From: a virus
Lineage: Duplodnaviria > Caudoviricetes
Direction: 5' to 3' (one strand)
Length of the DNA: 28,484 nucleotides
Virus record (IMG/VR): IMGVR_UViG_3300020043_000805
Coordinates: 1 to 28,484 of that record
Under the pieces are notes generated by a model that searched no databases, had not been told where the DNA came from, and saw nothing but the letters and a program-made list of their open reading frames with translations. This document shows, piece by piece, positions 26,348-28,484 of the stretch; position 1 is the stretch's first letter, and each line of letters begins with the position of its first letter. A program made the position numbers and the translations under genes.

Positions 26348-26357
26348 TGGCGGACTT

Positions 26358-26837
26358 ATGAAGCATTACGTTTGCAAAATAGCAACAAAACCAACCACCG
26401 TGACAGCGGGCACAGTTTATCAGGCGTTTGTTAATACCAATGAAACGTCACTGCGTATCACCAAAATGCACATTCAATTAGATAGTGCAGATGCCGGTGG
26501 CAATGGTAATTCAGTATATGCGTTTGCTCGTATTAAAGGCACGCCCACAAGCGGAACAACACTAACTCCAACAAAATACGATAATCAAAACGAGCCTAGC
26601 AAAATGCTATGCTTACGCAATCAAGCGGGTTTAGATATGACAGGCGTAACACAAGAGCCTTATTTTATGGAACGCTCGGTTATTTCTAAATCTACTGGAA
26701 GTGCATCAACCATTGAATTTGATGATAATGGCGAGGGTTTTATATTGGCAAAAAATGAAGGTTTAATTATTTTTGCAGATCACGATGTTATTTCTGGCAG
26801 TGGTGTTTACGGCATGATTGAATGGATGGAGGACTAA
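26358..26837 (+). CDS. Hypothetical beta-rich protein, possible head decoration/spike base
   Basis: 159 aa, GGCGGA SD-like sequence, located between the capsid and adaptor genes. Confidence 0.6.
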   Translation: MKHYVCKIATKPTTVTAGTVYQAFVNTNETSLRITKMHIQLDSADAGGNGNSVYAFARIKGTPTSGTTLTPTKYDNQNEPSKMLCLRNQAGLDMTGVTQEPYFMERSVISKSTGSASTIEFDDNGEGFILAKNEGLIIFADHDVISGSGVYGMIEWMED

Positions 26838-27368
26838 ATGGCGTTAATCGTTGAAGACGGTACTGGACTTGCAAACGCTGAAAGCTATGTATCAGTTGCA
26901 GACGCGACAACCTACCATGCAAACATTGGCAACACAGCGTGGGCAGCAATTACCAGCGATGCAACAAAAGAGCAATTACTACGCAAAGCCACAGACTATA
27001 TGGTGGCGCAATATCGTTTACAATATGCGGGTTATCGCAGATATTCAACCCAGTCGCTTGATTGGCCGCGCTTATACGTTCCATTAATTGATTCATTATC
27101 GGCAAATGTTTTTCCGCAATATGTGGATTTTGACATTGTGCCAACTACTGTAAAAAATGCGTGTGCTGAATTAGCGTTGAAATCTTACACAGCAATTTTA
27201 ATGCAGGATTTAACACAAGGCGTTATTCGTGAAAAAGTAGATGTTATTGAGGTGGAATATGATAAATATTCACCACAGCAAACACGCTATGCTCAAATTG
27301 ATGCCATGTTATCCGTGTTTTTTAAACAACAGGGTAATGATATGTCGAGATCATTGGTGAGAACATGA
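26838..27368 (+). CDS. Head-tail adaptor (family often annotated DnaT-like ssDNA-binding protein)
   Basis: MALIVEDGTGLANAESYVSVADATTYH...LRKATDY...QSLDWPR...VKNACAELAL...REKVDVIEVEY; GGAGG SD. Confidence 0.85.
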   Translation: MALIVEDGTGLANAESYVSVADATTYHANIGNTAWAAITSDATKEQLLRKATDYMVAQYRLQYAGYRRYSTQSLDWPRLYVPLIDSLSANVFPQYVDFDIVPTTVKNACAELALKSYTAILMQDLTQGVIREKVDVIEVEYDKYSPQQTRYAQIDAMLSVFFKQQGNDMSRSLVRT

Positions 27369-27724
27369 CACTTGATGCTCGCGCTCGCTCTACAGCAGAT
27401 AAATTGCTCGATAAGTTTGGCAAATCAATCACGCTAACGTCTATTGTTGAGGGCACTTATGATCCAACAACAGGCGAGTTATCGGGCGGAACAACAACAT
27501 CAACCAATCACACTGCCGTTATCAAAGATTATAACGGGATTGATTTTATTAGCGGTGTAGTGCAAGCAGGCGACAGAAAGGTAATGATTGCAGCGTTAAG
27601 CGCACCAACGCCACAACCAGCCGATAAAGTAACAATTAACAGTGAAGTTTATCAAGTTATCGCGGTTCGTTATGTTTGGTCGGGTGAATTACCCGCGCTT
27701 TATGAAATGCAGGTGAGAAAATGA
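27365..27724 (+). CDS. Head-tail stopper/closure protein
   Basis: ADKLLDKFGKSITL...GTYDPTTG...VQAGDRKV...LYEMQVRK; ATGA overlaps on both sides. Confidence 0.78.
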   Translation: MTLDARARSTADKLLDKFGKSITLTSIVEGTYDPTTGELSGGTTTSTNHTAVIKDYNGIDFISGVVQAGDRKVMIAALSAPTPQPADKVTINSEVYQVIAVRYVWSGELPALYEMQVRK

Positions 27725-28080
27725 CAGGCTCAATGTCGCAAATTGTTGGACGCATCAACGGGCGCATTGATAATAAAATCAGAGCTGCAACCAGTGAAGT
27801 TTTTTCTAATATTATTCAAATGACACCGGTTGACACTGGACGCGCTCGCGGTAACTGGCAATGCACAATCGGTGCGCCTTTTGTCGGTGAAGATGCAAGC
27901 GGTAGCGTAATGAAAGCACAAAGCGTTATCCCACGCAGAGCAGGCAGTGTTGTTTACTTAACCAATAACGTGCCATATATTAGAGCATTAGAATATGATT
28001 TTCACAGCAGGCAAGCACCGGCAGGCATGGTGCGCGTATCTGTTGCATTATTTGAAGGAGTTTTAAATGGCACTGGTTGA
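27721..28080 (+). CDS. Tail completion protein, HK97 gp10 family
   Basis: TPVDTGRARGNWQ...YLTNNVPYIRALEY..HSRQAPAGMVRVSV. Confidence 0.88.
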   Translation: MTGSMSQIVGRINGRIDNKIRAATSEVFSNIIQMTPVDTGRARGNWQCTIGAPFVGEDASGSVMKAQSVIPRRAGSVVYLTNNVPYIRALEYDFHSRQAPAGMVRVSVALFEGVLNGTG

Positions 28081-28474
28081 GATACGAACAGCGTTAGAAA
28101 CTAAACTGAACGCGCTTACGCCTACACTTGCAACAGCATGGGAGAGTGTGCCGTTTACACCCATAGTCGGCACAGCATATCAGCAAGTTAATTTAATGAT
28201 TGCAGACACGCTTAACCCAACACTGGGCGGCACACATTATCGCATTAAAGGATTTATGCAGGTACTTTTGTGTTATCCACCAAACGCAGGCGCAAAAACA
28301 GCCGCAACCCGCGCTGATTTACTGGTTAATCATTTTAAACGCGGCACAAGTTTAACAAGTAGCGGCATAACTGTTATTATTGACAAGACACCATCAATTG
28401 CACCGGCATTGATTGACGGGGTGCTTTATAAAATTCCGGTATCAATTTATTTTTCAGCAGATATTTACTCTTAA
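28067..28474 (+). CDS. Tail terminator protein (DUF4128-like)
   Basis: IRTALETKL...AWESVPFTP...GFMQVLLCYPPNAG...ADLLVNHFKRGTSL...IPVSIYF; followed by a GAGGT SD for the next gene (expected major tail protein) at the window edge. Confidence 0.8.
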   Translation: MALVEIRTALETKLNALTPTLATAWESVPFTPIVGTAYQQVNLMIADTLNPTLGGTHYRIKGFMQVLLCYPPNAGAKTAATRADLLVNHFKRGTSLTSSGITVIIDKTPSIAPALIDGVLYKIPVSIYFSADIYS

Positions 28475-28484
28475 GAGGTTACAA

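Noticed and set aside
26237-26434. 65-aa plus-strand ORF in the track
   Set aside because: It overlaps the capsid fragment and the next gene out of frame and runs through the intergenic hairpin.
1-28484. Alternative genetic code or stop-codon reassignment
   Set aside because: Genes tile densely under the standard code, and TAA, TAG and TGA all end genes right before the next start.

Overview
Tailed-phage virion-morphogenesis DNA throughout; I see no tRNA, rRNA, CRISPR array, integrase or reverse transcriptase. The window does not read as one intact genome. Left block (1 to ~13466, minus strand): a short-tailed (P22/T7-style) module with a head-tail adaptor fragment, fibre proteins, fibre chaperone, holin, peptidase-M15 endolysin, tail nozzle, a GNAT-like protein and three ejection/internal proteins. 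Right block (~13974 to 28484): a long non-contractile-tail module with fibres, two tail-tip proteins, a 2091-aa tape measure, a -1 frameshifted tail chaperone pair and, on the opposite strand, a major-capsid C-terminal fragment plus head-tail connector genes. Two mid-gene breakpoints are visible: ~13466 (HNH/NUMOD3 endonuclease fused in frame to a truncated adaptor) and ~26090 (inversion joining the chaperone gene to the capsid gene at a short microhomology beside a hairpin). An amplification or assembly chimera is the simplest explanation; a real recombinant is not excluded. The most interesting intrinsic biology: (i) an ejection protein with 8 extended repeats mirrored by 8 exact 29-aa helical repeats; (ii) a putative ruler-templated fibre (ten 20-aa E-x5-D repeats, with the same motif in the N-arm of a neighbouring subunit); (iii) nested Russian-doll repeats in the tape measure; (iv) a [FY]AxGG motif shared by all DNA-delivery proteins; (v) a 22-nt exact DNA repeat shared by fibre genes of both blocks. 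Product names come from remembered family motifs and gene order, not from database searches.
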